64,000 bases of DNA from an uncultured Verrucomicrobiae bacterium (GCA_963764165.1 CAVXRD010000002.1:2720001-2784000); one strand, 5' to 3'; positions 1 through 9,327 are shown, counted from the first letter of the stretch. Translations and numbers: made by a program. The notes: generated by a model from the sequence alone, not told the origin.

Positions 1-53
1 GCCGCCGATTCGGTGGCGGAGTGGCCCGCGCACGATCTGTTCGGGAGCTTCGC

Positions 54-410
54 GTGAGATGTTTCACTCACGACGCGGTGGCCGTTGGAACGTGCGCAAA
101 TTGCGGACGCGGCCTGTGCCCGGAGTGCGTTCGAATTGCGCCCGGCAGCGGTTCCCGGCTGACGTGCTCGGACGCCTGCGCCAACGCGCTCGCGCAACGA
201 GATCGTTCTCTCGAAATGCTGCTGGATAAAAGCAGGCAAGGCGCGCGGGCCAATTCGGTTTATTACTTTGTCAGCGGAATACTTTCAGCGGGCGCCGCGC
301 TGGCCTCGTGGCACTGGGAAATGCCCCAATTGCTGACTTGGTTTTTGGGCGGCTCCGCCGTCGCTTTGATCGTTTCAGGAATTTGGTTTGGGCGCGCGGC
401 GAGGCGGTAG
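54..410 (+). CDS. B-box-like zinc finger membrane protein (hypothetical)
   Basis: CxxH..CxxC..CxxC..CxxxC cluster followed by two hydrophobic helices; GTG at 54 chosen as likely start. Confidence 0.6.
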   Translation: MRCFTHDAVAVGTCANCGRGLCPECVRIAPGSGSRLTCSDACANALAQRDRSLEMLLDKSRQGARANSVYYFVSGILSAGAALASWHWEMPQLLTWFLGGSAVALIVSGIWFGRAARR

Positions 411-600
411 AGCGGGTCGGGCGCGTCTCACTTTTTGGGCAAATGGCTCAGAGCATTAGCTCCGTAGGAGCGGCATAATCCCGGCGGCATCAAATTATTA
501 TAATTCCGAATCCCTCAAACTGTTGAATGCGTGACAAATCAAAACGCAACCTTGATTTGCGAATAACACGATTTGCCTTCGTCTGGCACACCGTCATACT

Positions 601-806
601 TTGGCGAAGTTACGAAGACGAAGTCGCGAAAGGCTCTGGATTACCCGGATCAGACACGCGGAAGCAAATTGGCGGCGGAAAGTAAGGAAGAAGGCAAACG
701 CGCTTTCCCCTAAACAGCGTGCGAAGCTTTTCGAAAAGGCATGGCGATAATCTATGGGGGCGACGGGACAAAGGAAGCTTCTCGCACTTGACACCAATTT
801 TCTTTC
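601..806 (+). pseudogene. Decayed antitoxin plus PIN-toxin N-terminal remnant
   Basis: Frameshifted pieces read ALDYPDQTRGSKLAAE / VRKKANALSPKQRAKLFEK / GMAIIYGG; an overlapping ATG at 754 gives MGATGQRKLLALDTNFL (PIN-like LDTN motif), then similarity stops. Confidence 0.4.
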
Positions 807-819
807 CTCGCCGCGATGT

Positions 820-1674
820 TTATTTCTTCCGTTCTCGAGCGCTGGGATGAAGGTGAATCGGCGGCGGAATTGGAATCGCGCGTGAGGGCGTGGGGGGCTT
901 GGGCAACGCAGACGGCGCTGGGGGCGCGGGCGTGGCCGGCGGCACCGGCGTTCCGATGATCGTTGGTTTTGCGGAGGCCGGGTGAATAATCGAGTTGGCT
1001 ATCTCGCCAATTTTCGTGTCCGGGAATTTCATTTCGCCGAAGTGAAAACCGGCGCGCGATGCGGCTTCATCGATGACTCCGCCAAGTGTGGGAAATTGGA
1101 GCGGCGCAGGAGCATTGGACCGTTCCAGGACGTCATAGCCATTGACGACCCACTCAAGCTGGCCGGTGCGGATGTCTACCATCAAGCCTTGCACGGGCAC
1201 GCGCGGGCCGATGAGCGGACTTTGCCGGATTAATTCCACCGCGCGCACGACATTGTGGTGCTCGCTGTCAAACACACCAAAATATTCCGCGATGTTGTCT
1301 GGCAATTGAGAGCGCGGGATTCCCAGCCCTTTGAAAAGCTCGGTCAATTCGTTGATCGTCGTGTGGCGGACTTTGCAATCGGTATGGCCGATGACAACTA
1401 TCTCGCGGCCGCCCTTCACGGCGCACGCCAGCGAGATCGAGCGCATGGTGCTGCTCAGCGGGGACGTGATGATGTTGCCCGCGTTGCGGAGCCAGATGAA
1501 CTGCTCGTCCGGCAAGGCCAGCGCGCCCGGCAGAAGCCGGTTCAAGCGCGGGTCAATGCACGTCAGCGCGACGATCGGAAGCTCCGCCGTATAATCGGCC
1601 ACATGGATGCCGGCGGACAGGTCTCCCGACACAGCCCGGCGGTTTGCGTCAAGTATGGCTTCAAAAAGTCGCAT
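820..1674 (-). CDS. Beta-class carbonic anhydrase with Pro-rich tail
   Basis: TCIDPR, RNAGN and GHTDC zinc-binding motifs. Confidence 0.9.
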   Translation of the reverse strand: MRLFEAILDANRRAVSGDLSAGIHVADYTAELPIVALTCIDPRLNRLLPGALALPDEQFIWLRNAGNIITSPLSSTMRSISLACAVKGGREIVVIGHTDCKVRHTTINELTELFKGLGIPRSQLPDNIAEYFGVFDSEHHNVVRAVELIRQSPLIGPRVPVQGLMVDIRTGQLEWVVNGYDVLERSNAPAPLQFPTLGGVIDEAASRAGFHFGEMKFPDTKIGEIANSIIHPASAKPTIIGTPVPPATPAPPAPSALPKPPTPSRAIPIPPPIHLHPSARERKK

Positions 1675-1764
1675 GCTCAGTTTCGTCAATTTTCTGCAAC
1701 CGATGCCTGCTTGGCTTCGGTGTTCATGCTGAATATTTATACAGCCGAATCAGCGATGGCAACG

Positions 1765-3312
1765 TCACTTTTGTTCGTCCGCTGGGGGTGGCGGTTCGCT
1801 GGTCTGGCGCTGCTCCATCGCTTTTCGCAGCGCAGGAACTTGCTCGATCAATTTCTCGAACTTGATGCCGGTCAAGCTTTCGATCACCGGCGGAAGCTGG
1901 CTCATGATCTGGGTGACGTCGCCGGTCAATTTGCTGGCGCCGCCGCCGGGGCCGTCGCCGCTGTTGATGATCACAATCTTCTCCGTCTTTCCCAGCGGCT
2001 CGCTGACTTTGCCCGCCAATTCCGGCAGGATGCGCACAATCATTTCCACAATGGCCGCCTGATTGTATTGCTTGAAGGATTCCGCCTTGAGCTTCATCGC
2101 TTCGGCGGTCGCCGCGCCTTGCGCTTCGATCACGGATGCCTCGGCCAAACCGCGCGCTTTGTTGGCTTCGGCTTCGGCCAGGCCGGTGGCTTTCGCAACG
2201 TCGGCGGCGGCGAAACCCCGGGCCTTGGTGGCGGAAGCATTGCCAGCGGCTTCGGCTTCCAATTGGAACTTGGTGGCGTTGGCCAGCGTTTCGACGCGGT
2301 AACGCTCCGCATCGGCCGGCTTCTGCACGTTGGCTTCCAATTCGCGCTGCTTGCGCATGATTTCCTGCTGTTGCAACTCGATCTGCTTCTGTTTCTCAAT
2401 GATGCTGACTTGAATTTCCTCGGCCTTCACCAACTGGCCGGTCTTGAATTTCTGCAAGTCGTAAGCGAGGTCGGCCTCGGCTTTCTTTTGATTGACAGCA
2501 GCTTGGTATTGCGCGACGTTCGATTGATAATCCCGCTGCGCCTCGGCGATCTTCGTGTCGGCGACGTATTTCGCTTCCTGGCCGGCTTGGGTGGCTTGGG
2601 CGGAGCGGATCATCGCGTCGCGATCCGCCTCGGCCTGGGCGATGGTGGCGTCGCGTTTGACTTGGGCGATGCGCGGCTTGCCCAGCGCGTCCAGGTAACC
2701 TTGCGTGTCGCGAATATCGCGGATTGTAAAACTCACAATGGACAAACCCATGTTGGCCATGTCGCCCGCCGCGACCTCCTGCACCTTGGATGCGAACGCG
2801 TCGCGATTCTGGTAAATGTCCTCGACGGTCATCGTTCCCAAAATGGCGCGCAGGTGGCCTTCGAGCGTCTGCATGGCGACGCCTTTGATTTCGTCGATGG
2901 TCTTGCTCAAGACTTGCTCGGCGGCGGTGGCGATCGAAACGTCGTCACCCTTGATTTTGATTTGCGCCACGCCATCGACTTTCACCGGGACACCTTTGCT
3001 GGTGTAAACTTCCGGCGTTTGGACATCGATGGTCAGCAATTCCAGCGAAAGAATGTCGACCTTCTCCAAAGCAGGGAGGACAAACGTGCCGCCACCTTTG
3101 ACAACGCGGAAGCCGCGATACTGCACAGAGCCATCAGGACTCACAAACTTATGCCTATGACCGGAGACGATCAGGACCTGGTTGGGCCCGACTTTCGTGT
3201 AGCGGCTGGCGAGGACGGCGGCGACAAGAAACAGGAAAACCACCAGACCGACGACTGCCATGATGACCGTGGCGAGGCCACCAAGTTCCAAGGCGGCGAA
3301 GTAGGCATGCAT
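1765..3312 (-). CDS. Flotillin / SPFH-domain protein
   Basis: N-terminal TM helix, SPFH domain (LEGHLRAILG), AEA-rich coiled coil. Confidence 0.93.
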   Translation of the reverse strand: MHAYFAALELGGLATVIMAVVGLVVFLFLVAAVLASRYTKVGPNQVLIVSGHRHKFVSPDGSVQYRGFRVVKGGGTFVLPALEKVDILSLELLTIDVQTPEVYTSKGVPVKVDGVAQIKIKGDDVSIATAAEQVLSKTIDEIKGVAMQTLEGHLRAILGTMTVEDIYQNRDAFASKVQEVAAGDMANMGLSIVSFTIRDIRDTQGYLDALGKPRIAQVKRDATIAQAEADRDAMIRSAQATQAGQEAKYVADTKIAEAQRDYQSNVAQYQAAVNQKKAEADLAYDLQKFKTGQLVKAEEIQVSIIEKQKQIELQQQEIMRKQRELEANVQKPADAERYRVETLANATKFQLEAEAAGNASATKARGFAAADVAKATGLAEAEANKARGLAEASVIEAQGAATAEAMKLKAESFKQYNQAAIVEMIVRILPELAGKVSEPLGKTEKIVIINSGDGPGGGASKLTGDVTQIMSQLPPVIESLTGIKFEKLIEQVPALRKAMEQRQTSEPPPPADEQK

Positions 3313-3355
3313 AAAGTTCCTTAAGGTTGCAGGGTTGAGGTTTGGGAAAGTTTAT

Positions 3356-3916
3356 TCAAACAAGCGAGACAAAGAATTGCGATTCCGCCACGCGCGTTAT
3401 TTTGACAGTCTGGCCGGTGGCCACCGGCAGGCCGGCTTGCTCGCGGGCGGGAGCGGTGTAACGGCTGCCGCCCTGCACATAGGCAATTTCGCCGACGCCC
3501 GCCGCCGGGATTGGCGAAATGACGGTGGCGGTTTTGCCGAGCAGTGAACTAGTTTGGCCTTCACTGGAGCTCTGGGTGCGACGGAAAACGTAGCCGAACA
3601 ATGCCGTCACCGCGAGGGCAATGAAAAGGCCGCCCACCAGCGAGAGAGGAGTGCTGATCCAGACGCTCTTGGTCGGGCCGATGTGGGAGAATATCAAGCC
3701 AAACCCGCCAAACGCCGTGAGAAAGGCGCAGATGGCAGTGGGGCTGAAAAGTGAAATGCCGGGCATTCCGGTGTGCTCATAACCCGCTTCGGCGTGGCCA
3801 CCCGTTCCGAGATCCATGTGCCCGTCCGTCCCGCTGATGTGGTGCCCAAAAAAGACGCTGACAACCGTAAAGAGGAGGCCGAACAAGAAACAGCCCAAAT
3901 ATACATACTCTTCCAT
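3356..3916 (-). CDS. NfeD-family membrane protein (flotillin partner)
   Basis: Three TM segments plus C-terminal OB-fold-like region (GKTATVISPIPAAGVGEI); directly upstream of flotillin. Confidence 0.85.
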   Translation of the reverse strand: MEEYVYLGCFLFGLLFTVVSVFFGHHISGTDGHMDLGTGGHAEAGYEHTGMPGISLFSPTAICAFLTAFGGFGLIFSHIGPTKSVWISTPLSLVGGLFIALAVTALFGYVFRRTQSSSEGQTSSLLGKTATVISPIPAAGVGEIAYVQGGSRYTAPAREQAGLPVATGQTVKITRVAESQFFVSLV

Positions 3917-4027
3917 AGTCGTGTCCTTTCGCTGGCCGCCAGGCATTTTATCTGGCGACACCTCAGGTATACAGAGCGCGGCGGGCGAAAGCAGCTATAA
4001 AATGAACAGCCATTTGTAACGGGTGGG

Positions 4028-4141
4028 GGACAAAATTCTTCGGCGCGATGTTCGTTGAAGGTGGCAGAGGCGTCTCGCCTCTGCCGGTCTGCTTGAGCGG
4101 CGGGATGCCACTGCCACTCTGTTCGTGAAGAATTTTGTCCC
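4028..4141. repeat. Nested REP-like inverted repeat
   Basis: Outer arms ggacaaaattctt / aagaattttgtcc; inner arms gtggcagaggcgtctcgcc / gcgggatgccactgccac. Confidence 0.65.
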
Positions 4142-4186
4142 GCGCCCTTTGCAACGGCGGTCAGCTTCGGAACCCACCAAAAGGCC

Positions 4187-4845
4187 TCTTGCAGTTTTCA
4201 ATGGAATGAGAATTTCGATGCAGCCGTTGACCGGAAATCCGCTGGAAGAAAGCAAGCCGTGGCAGAGCACATCATTGAATATGCATATAATCTCGAAAAA
4301 CCCGCTACACCCGCTACATCGTTGATTATCAACCAGATAAACCGCTACATTTGGTTCCTCGCCATTTTCGGTGGAATGAGACAACTGGTTAGCCGTCGTT
4401 CCGGGACAACCCATTTGGAATCCAGGGTTGGTCTTGGCTTGGCCAAAGCTCGGTATAGTATATGATCTCGAAAAAGGGGCAACACCCGCTACACGGTTGA
4501 CTATCAACGAGATAAGGGGCAACAAAAATAGCAACAAACCCGCAACAGACCCGCAACATTTCTTCCCGCGCTGTCGGGTTGCATGAAACGCGGCGTCTTT
4601 CCGTCGTTCCCTTAAAATTTTCATCAAGATGCCTGCACCCTCATTGTTCCATTGAAAACAGCGAGGAACCCTACATTTGGGGCTACAGAGCCGCTACAAA
4701 CCCGCTACATTTCTTCCGGCGGGTGCGAATTCTGGGTGCGCGACCGTCCTGGACGCCCTGGTTAGCGTCTCGCCAACCATGCAAATGCGCCCCCCGCCTT
4801 ATCGCGAAAACCGAGGGTGCAATAGGGTGCAATAGCCTGCAACGC
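4187..4845. repeat. Iteron-like GC(T/A)ACA array with a duplicated ~65-bp block
   Basis: More than ten GCTACA/GCAACA units; block atatRatctcgaaaaa..cccgctaca..gttgaYtatcaac..gataa occurs at ~4284 and ~4459. Confidence 0.75.
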
Positions 4846-4861
4846 CCCGATCACGATTTCC

Positions 4862-4966
4862 GTTCCTCTGCGCACTCATCTTCTCTGCGCGAGAGTTCCT
4901 TTCCTTTGGTGGTTTCATCGCGGCAAGAAACGCAATCGCGCGCAGAGGAGCGGAGCACGCAGAGGT
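4862..4966. repeat. REP-like doublet; left arm has a perfect inverted copy at 8050-8080
   Basis: gttcctctgcgcactcatcttctctgcgcga pairs imperfectly with cgcgcagaggagcggagcacgcagagg at ~4938-4966. Confidence 0.75.
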
Positions 4967-5195
4967 TCCCCGCGGCCCTGAAATGAACGCAAAATATCAA
5001 AGAACACGCCCTGACGGCGAGAGGGGAAAAATAAGGCCGAAAACCTTGTTTGTCAATTATGCTTGCAATTACACGCTTATGTGGCATTTTGCCCATGACA
5101 AACGAAACAACGATTGTTCAGGCGGGATCGGAAGCCATATTTCATTCCACTGAAAAGACTAGGGGGAACCCCACAAACTCAATAACGAACCACCC

Positions 5196-5273
5196 AAGCT
5201 CGCCGCGCTCCAGACGCACAACCAAAGCTTGATGCAGCAGCTTTTCCCTTCCCCGCCTGGGGTGGCAGCATGA
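5196..5273 (+). pseudogene. hsdS: C-terminal remnant of type I R-M specificity subunit
   Basis: Translates KLAALQTHNQSLMQQLFPSPPGVAA*, resembling the HsdS end motif LKTHKKGLMQQLFP; in-frame TAG at 5160 upstream. Confidence 0.7.
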
Positions 5274-5492
5274 GGAAAGGGGTTGCCGCTTCGCAGTCTT
5301 GGCAGCCTCTGTGGTGGAGTTGTTCCAGAAACGAAAATGAGACCGCGCAAGCTCACCAGCCTCACCGTTCAGAAACTCAGGGCGCCCATCGTGAAACACC
5401 TCGAAATGTCAATTGATGTCTTGCGGGGAAGTTGAGACGCGCGTATGCTTCGTCTATTGCGAATTTAATTTCCTCAACTCTGAGCCGTTCAC

Positions 5493-6005
5493 ATGAACAG
5501 ACACCAATTGGCCACGCTAATTTCTTGGGCCGGGGAACAAGGATTCTCCGGGCGCAAACGCCTGCAAAAGGTCGTGTTCTTTTTACAGCAGGCAGGTTGT
5601 GATTTAAGGTGCCACTACACACTGCATCACTTCGGCCCTTACTCGCGAGATGTCGCCCATGCCTGCGACGAGATGGTGGCAGCGGGATTGGTCATTGAAG
5701 ACGGCGGGCCGCAGAACGGCAACATGCAATACTTATACAAGCTGAAGCCCGATATTCGGGAGTTGGTCAACCAGTCCCCTGAGCCCCAAGTAGAGGAATT
5801 TCAGGCTCTCGGCAAGGAGTTGATTGAGAAGGACCTTTGGCAGTTGGAGCTAGGCTCGACCATCCTCTTCTTTCATCGGCAGAAGCTTGATTGGAATCAC
5901 GCATTGGACGAGGCGTGCAAATTCAAAAAGGTGTCAACGACTGATGAAGCCAGCCAAAGCGCGCTCAGCCTCGCAAAGCGTTTTCACGCTGAGGACGCAA
6001 GCTAA
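5493..6005 (+). CDS. YwgA-like / Panacea-like winged-helix protein
   Basis: GRKRLQKVVFFLQ, HHFGPYS and LELGSTILF motifs. Confidence 0.75.
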   Translation: MNRHQLATLISWAGEQGFSGRKRLQKVVFFLQQAGCDLRCHYTLHHFGPYSRDVAHACDEMVAAGLVIEDGGPQNGNMQYLYKLKPDIRELVNQSPEPQVEEFQALGKELIEKDLWQLELGSTILFFHRQKLDWNHALDEACKFKKVSTTDEASQSALSLAKRFHAEDAS

Positions 6006-6021
6006 CCATCGAGGTTGACGG

Positions 6022-7375
6022 GTGTCCGACAAAGTCTTTCGCGATCCGCTTTACAATTACATCGCCTTCGATCGGAAGCGTGATGGTTGGTTGATTGACT
6101 TGATCAATTGTAAGGAAGTGCAGCGGCTGCGACGAATTCACCAGTTGGGCGTCAGCAATTTTACTTACCCCGGAGCGGACCACACGCGATTCGCCCACAG
6201 CCTCGGCGTGACCCACCTAATGCTGCTGGTGCTGGAACACCTCGAAGGCGTCAGCGATGCTGAGAAGATCAAAAAGGCCAGGCAGGCACTGCTGGCGACG
6301 GCCCTGTTGCATGACGTTGGACATGGTCCCTTCTCGCATCTTTTTGAGCCGTGTCTGGGCATCGACCACGAACAATGGTCCATCGCAGTCATCCGGGATG
6401 ACAATTCGCAGGTCCACCAGATTCTAAGAAAAGAGGATGCCTATCTTCCAAACCATGTTGCCGATCTGATCGGCTCAGATAACACGAAGCATCCAGCATG
6501 GCAACGGGCGCTCATGTCCAGTCAGTTGGACGTGGATCGATTGGACTATCTCCGCCGGGACAGTCTTTTCACTGGCGCGGGATACGGCCATTTCGATTGG
6601 CACCGTCTCCTGACCACTGTGCAATTCGACAAAGACGATACGGATTTGGTCTGGCCCGCAAAATCAGCGATGGCAATCGAAGAATACATCTTCGCCCGCT
6701 ATTACATGTATCAGAACGTCTATCTGCATAAGACCACACGGGGGTTTGAGCAGTTGCTTCAAGCAATGTGGAAGCGGGCTGACAGTCTCAGGCGGGACGG
6801 GAAAGATATAAACGCGAATCCTATTTTGGAAAGATTTTGGAAATCCGAGACGCCCGAGCCCGAAAAACTTCCAGTTGAAGATTATCTGAAAGTTGAGCAG
6901 TTCACAGGTACTTGAGCAGATTCAGCGGTGGACCTCACACTCCGACAAGTCGCTGGCCGATTGTGCGCGCCGCTTTCTTGATCGGGATGGTTTTGCCATG
7001 ATCGAACCGCCTCCACCGCCGAATCCCCTCAAGCCAGACGACTTGGGCAAGTGGGAGCCAGAGCTTCACAAGTTGCTGGAAAAAAAAGGCTATGAAGATC
7101 CCGAGATGTATTGCTTGTCGGATCGGATCCAAGGTAAATACCGCCAGCCCTATCGAGAGGAAAAGGACCCGGAAGCCCAGTCGGCTGTAAACACCATCCG
7201 CGTGGTGGTAGACAACAAGCCAATAGCAATCGGGGATTACTTGCCAAGGCTCAAAGCAGTGATTGCGCCACCCGAAGACCGGATTCTTTATTATGTTCCA
7301 AAGGAAATTCGCGAAGAAGCAAAAGCATTGAGCCAGCGGTTGCGGCCATCAGCAAATGTTGCCTTAAACTCATGA
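6022..7375 (+). pseudogene. SAMHD1/YwfO-like HD-domain dNTP triphosphohydrolase split by a single +1 frameshift (real or sequencing error)
   Basis: RLRRIHQLG, HTRFAHSLG, LLHDVGHGPFSH, DVDRLDYLRRD, MYQNVYLHK; removing one base at ~6907 joins both ORFs into ~450 aa. Confidence 0.85.
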
Positions 7376-8042
7376 CCGCTCAAAATCAACAACGCCTGGG
7401 CAAAGTCCTTTGGAACATCGCCGACCAGTTGCGCGGCGCGATGAACGCGGACGATTTCCGCGATTACATGCTGGCGTTCCTGTTCCTGCGCTATCTGTCG
7501 GACAATTACGAGGTCGCCGCCAAGCGGGAGTTGGGCCGGGATTATCCCGCCTTGCCCGCCGGGGACAACCGTGTGCCGCTGGCGCTCTGGTATGCCAACA
7601 ACCCGGCGGACGTGGTGGATTTCGAGAAGCAGATGCGGCGCAAGGTGCATTACGTCATCAAGCCGGACCATCTCTGGGCCAGCATCGCCAATCTGGCGAA
7701 GTCCCAAAGCGGGGAATTGCTCGAAACCTTGCGGGAAGGCTTCAAATACATTGAAAACGAATCGTTCGAGAGCACGTTCGGCGGACTATTTTCCGAAATC
7801 AATCTCGGTCGGAAAAGCTCGGCAAGACGCACGCGGACAAAAACCGGAAGCTGTGCGACATCATCAAGGAAATCGCCAAGGGGCTGAATGAATTTTCCAG
7901 CGACATTGACGCGCTGGGTGATGCCTACGAATATCTGATCGGCCAGTTCGCCGCCGGCTCGGGCAAAAAAGCGGGCGAGTTCTACACGCCGCAGCAGATT
8001 TCCACGATTCTTTCGCGCATCGTCACGCTGGACAGCCAGGAA
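7372..8042 (+). pseudogene. hsdM: Type I R-M methyltransferase, N-terminal fragment
   Basis: LWNIADQLRGAMNADDFRDY; frameshift at ~7810; continues to LGDAYEYLIGQFAAGSGKKAGEFYTPQ; truncated after LDSQE. Confidence 0.92.
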
Positions 8043-8049
8043 AGAACCT

Positions 8050-8080
8050 TCGCGCAGAGAAGATGAGTGCGCAGAGGAAC
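8050..8080. repeat. 31-bp perfect inverted copy of 4862-4892
   Basis: tcgcgcagagaagatgagtgcgcagaggaac is the exact reverse complement of 4862-4892. Confidence 0.9.
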
Positions 8081-8161
8081 ACAAAAACAAATGCACACTT
8101 CGCCGAAAACAGTGGGGAACGTGAAAGCCCACAAGAAATGGCCGATGCAGCCGATCATTCC

Positions 8162-8677
8162 ATGAGCAAAAAGGTCATCGTCATCGCCGGGCCCAACGGC
8201 GCGGGAAAGACGACCTTTGCGCGCTCGTTCCTGCCGCAGGAGGCGCAGTGCCCCCGCTTCATCAATGCTGATTTGATTGCGGCGGGCCTTTCTCCTTTTG
8301 CGCCGGAAGCCTCCGCCATCAAAGCGGGCCGCGTCATGTTGGAAGAAATCGCCTCCTGCGCCCGGCGCGGTGAGAGCTTCGCGTTTGAAACGACCCTCTC
8401 CGGACGTGGCTATCTTGCCCATATCCGCCGCTGGCGTGCGGAGGGTTATCATGTCGGTCTGATTTTCCTGTCGTTGCCCCATGTCGATGCCGCTGTGGCC
8501 CGAGTCACCGCCCGAGTGCGGCAGGGAGGACATTTTATTGCGGAGGATGTCATTCGTCGCCGCTTTTTGGCTGGTCTGCGCAACTTTAACGCCTACAAAC
8601 TGGCGGTGAGCACTTGGGGCAAATATGATAATACGGGCAACAGCCCGATCCTTCTTGAATGGGGAGAAAACGCATGA
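8162..8677 (+). CDS. Zeta-toxin-family P-loop kinase/ATPase
   Basis: IAGPNGAGKTT, FINADLIA, FAFETTLSG, RVRQGGH. Confidence 0.88.
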   Translation: MSKKVIVIAGPNGAGKTTFARSFLPQEAQCPRFINADLIAAGLSPFAPEASAIKAGRVMLEEIASCARRGESFAFETTLSGRGYLAHIRRWRAEGYHVGLIFLSLPHVDAAVARVTARVRQGGHFIAEDVIRRRFLAGLRNFNAYKLAVSTWGKYDNTGNSPILLEWGENA

Positions 8678-8877
8678 AAACAAGAGATATCGCCGAAGCA
8701 AAAAGTCCTGACCTGCGGAACGCCCTAGCCGCCATGCGCCGCGCCGCCGAGATGGCCCGCCAAACCGCCATCCAGACCAACACGGGTATCATCATGGTGA
8801 AGGACGGAAAGATTGTTCACATTTCCGCCCAGGAACTCCGTGAAGCCGCCGCGAACGGCGCGGGAACCACGAAATGA
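8674..8877 (+). CDS. Small partner protein (putative antitoxin)
   Basis: 67 aa, ATGA overlap with the zeta-like gene, AMRRAAEMAR..TNTGIIMVKDGKIV pattern. Confidence 0.65.
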   Translation: MKTRDIAEAKSPDLRNALAAMRRAAEMARQTAIQTNTGIIMVKDGKIVHISAQELREAAANGAGTTK

Positions 8878-9286
8878 CCGCTCAAAACCAACAACGCCTG
8901 GGCAAAATCCTGTGGAACATCGCCGACCAATTGCGCGGGGCGATGAACGCGGATGATTTCCGCGATTAAATGCTGGCTTTCCTCTTCCTGCGCTACCGCT
9001 GGGAACCGAAGGAGGACATGAGCGATGATGTCCGTTTCAAGAACTACGGTTTGGCGCCCAAGTCCGCCGCTGACATCGCTTTTCTCCTGCATGGCTTTCA
9101 CTTCTTGAAGGATCAGGGAGTCATGGCGACATATCCCGCTACATCAGCACGGCGACTGCGGAGCCGGAAATCGATCTCACCGAGACACACAACAAACTTG
9201 TCGCGATTGAAAAGACAATTTCCATCGCGACGGCGAAGCATAACAAGTTTCTTAAAGAGCTGGGTCTGCCCCCACTTCCGGGCTGA
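8874..9286 (+). pseudogene. hsdM: Second hsdM copy, collapsed by two internal deletions plus a nonsense codon
   Basis: N-terminus (TAA at 8967), middle piece RWEP..RFKNYGLAPKSAAD..FLLHGFHFLK, C-terminus ISRYIST..HNKFLKELGLPPLPG*. Confidence 0.88.
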
Positions 9287-9327
9287 CCCACAAACAAAGG
9301 CAGGTCGTCATTCCCCGTGGAGACCGT

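Noticed and set aside
1255..3324. 689-aa plus-strand ORF
   Set aside because: Antisense shadow of the flotillin and carbonic anhydrase genes; no recognisable motifs.
4284..4720. Possible CRISPR array
   Set aside because: Units are short, degenerate and irregularly spaced; there is no constant repeat-spacer period and no cas gene.
3995..5232. Several ORFs across the repeat region
   Set aside because: They read through repeats and palindromes with no protein motifs; treated as non-coding.
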